Positions 62,925-64,000 of a stretch of 64,000 bases of DNA are shown piece after piece. The notes below the pieces were generated by a model. It saw only the letters and a list, made by a program, of their open reading frames with translations, ran no database searches and had not been told where the DNA came from. Within the stretch, counting starts at the first letter, position 1; each line of letters starts with the position of its first letter. Made by a program: the position numbers and the translations under genes. The stretch comes from Leucoraja erinacea (taxonomy: Eukaryota), in contig NC_073379.1 of NCBI RefSeq assembly GCF_028641065.1, forward strand, positions 16,988,001 through 17,052,000, given 5' to 3'.

Positions 62925-63370
62925 CTTACAAGGTTAATTCCCGGGGTGGCGGGACTGTCATATGCTGAGAGAATGGAGTGGCTGGGCTTGTACACTCTGG
63001 AGTTTAGAAGGATGACATATATGATTGTTAAGGTTTTGGACACACTAGAGGCAGGAAACATCTTGGTTTTGGGGGAGTCCAGAACCAGGGGCCACAGTTT
63101 AAATATAAGGAGTAAGCCTTAGACGAGGAAACACTTTTTCTCACAGAGTTGTGAGTCTGTGGAATTCTCTGCCTCAGGGGACGGTGGGGGCCGGTTCTCT
63201 GGATGCTTTCAAGGGAGAGCTGGATAGGACTCTTAAAGATAGCGGAGTCAGGGGATATGGGGAGGGAGGAACAGGGTACTGATTGGGGATGATCAACCAT
63301 GATCACATTGAATGGCGGTGCTGGCTCGAAGGGCCGAATAGCTTACTCCTGCACCTATTGTCTATTGTCT
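62925..63370 (+). mobile_element. CR1-type LINE 3' fragment
   Basis: TRLIPGVAGLSYAERMEWLGLYTLEFRRM and the family tail. Confidence 0.85.
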
Positions 63371-64000
63371 CTTCCATTTACTGCGAAAGTCTTGCCTTGC
63401 TTTGCCATACCAAAATGCAGCACCTCACATTTGCCATTCGTTGGTCCACCTTCCCAACTGATCTAGATCCTGTTGCAAACTTCCATACCATTCCTCACTG
63501 TCCACTAAACCACCAATTTTGATGTTATCTGCGGATTTACTAACATCCAAATCGTACAGCGCACCCTGCACCAACCCCTGCGGCACCTCACTGGTCACAA
63601 GCCTCCAATGTGAAAAACAACCCCTTGACGCCTTCCTCCAAGTTAATTTGAATCGAAGGTGGACCCAAAATGCTGGAGTAACTTAGCGGATGGGGCAGCA
63701 TCTCTGGAGAGAAGGAATGGGCGACGTTTCGGGACAAGACCCTTCTTCAGACTGAAGGAGGTCTGAAGATGGGTCTCGACCCGAAACGTCTCCCATTCCT
63801 TCTCTCCAGGTGCTGCCTCACCCGCTGAGTTGCCCCTATATGGTTCTTACTTTTTGTCTTAAAAATCTCTGTGTACACACCTTGGCTGAGAGGAAAGGTT
63901 TACCACTGTCTATCCCGTCTATGCTTCCCAACCCCCACCCCACCCTCTTCCCCCCTCCCCTCCAATCTTTTCCACTCCCAGGAAAATAAATGCAATCTCT

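Overview
Repeat-rich vertebrate genomic DNA, most likely a skate or ray (inferred from HE1-type V-SINEs, CR1/HER1, Rex1 and Penelope repeats). Three genes lie in tandem on the minus strand. (1) The last four coding exons of RCL1 (62668-53349), with mir-101 in the last intron. (2) A CCDC17-like gene, with eight phase-compatible exons traced from 44248 to 18499; its C-terminal half is not in the window. (3) An array of seven UGT2A-like first exons plus one remnant (17233 down to 15). The six complete copies each end in a phase-1 splice donor and no constant exons are visible, suggesting a variable-first-exon cassette array in active birth and death. Also present: a degenerate tRNA-Ala, an internally deleted L1, a Gypsy gag remnant, nested MITEs with target-site duplications (TSDs), Penelope termini with hammerhead-like cores, and a 166-nt N gap. 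Family assignments come from recalled sequence similarity, not database searches. Repeat boundaries without a stated TSD are approximate.
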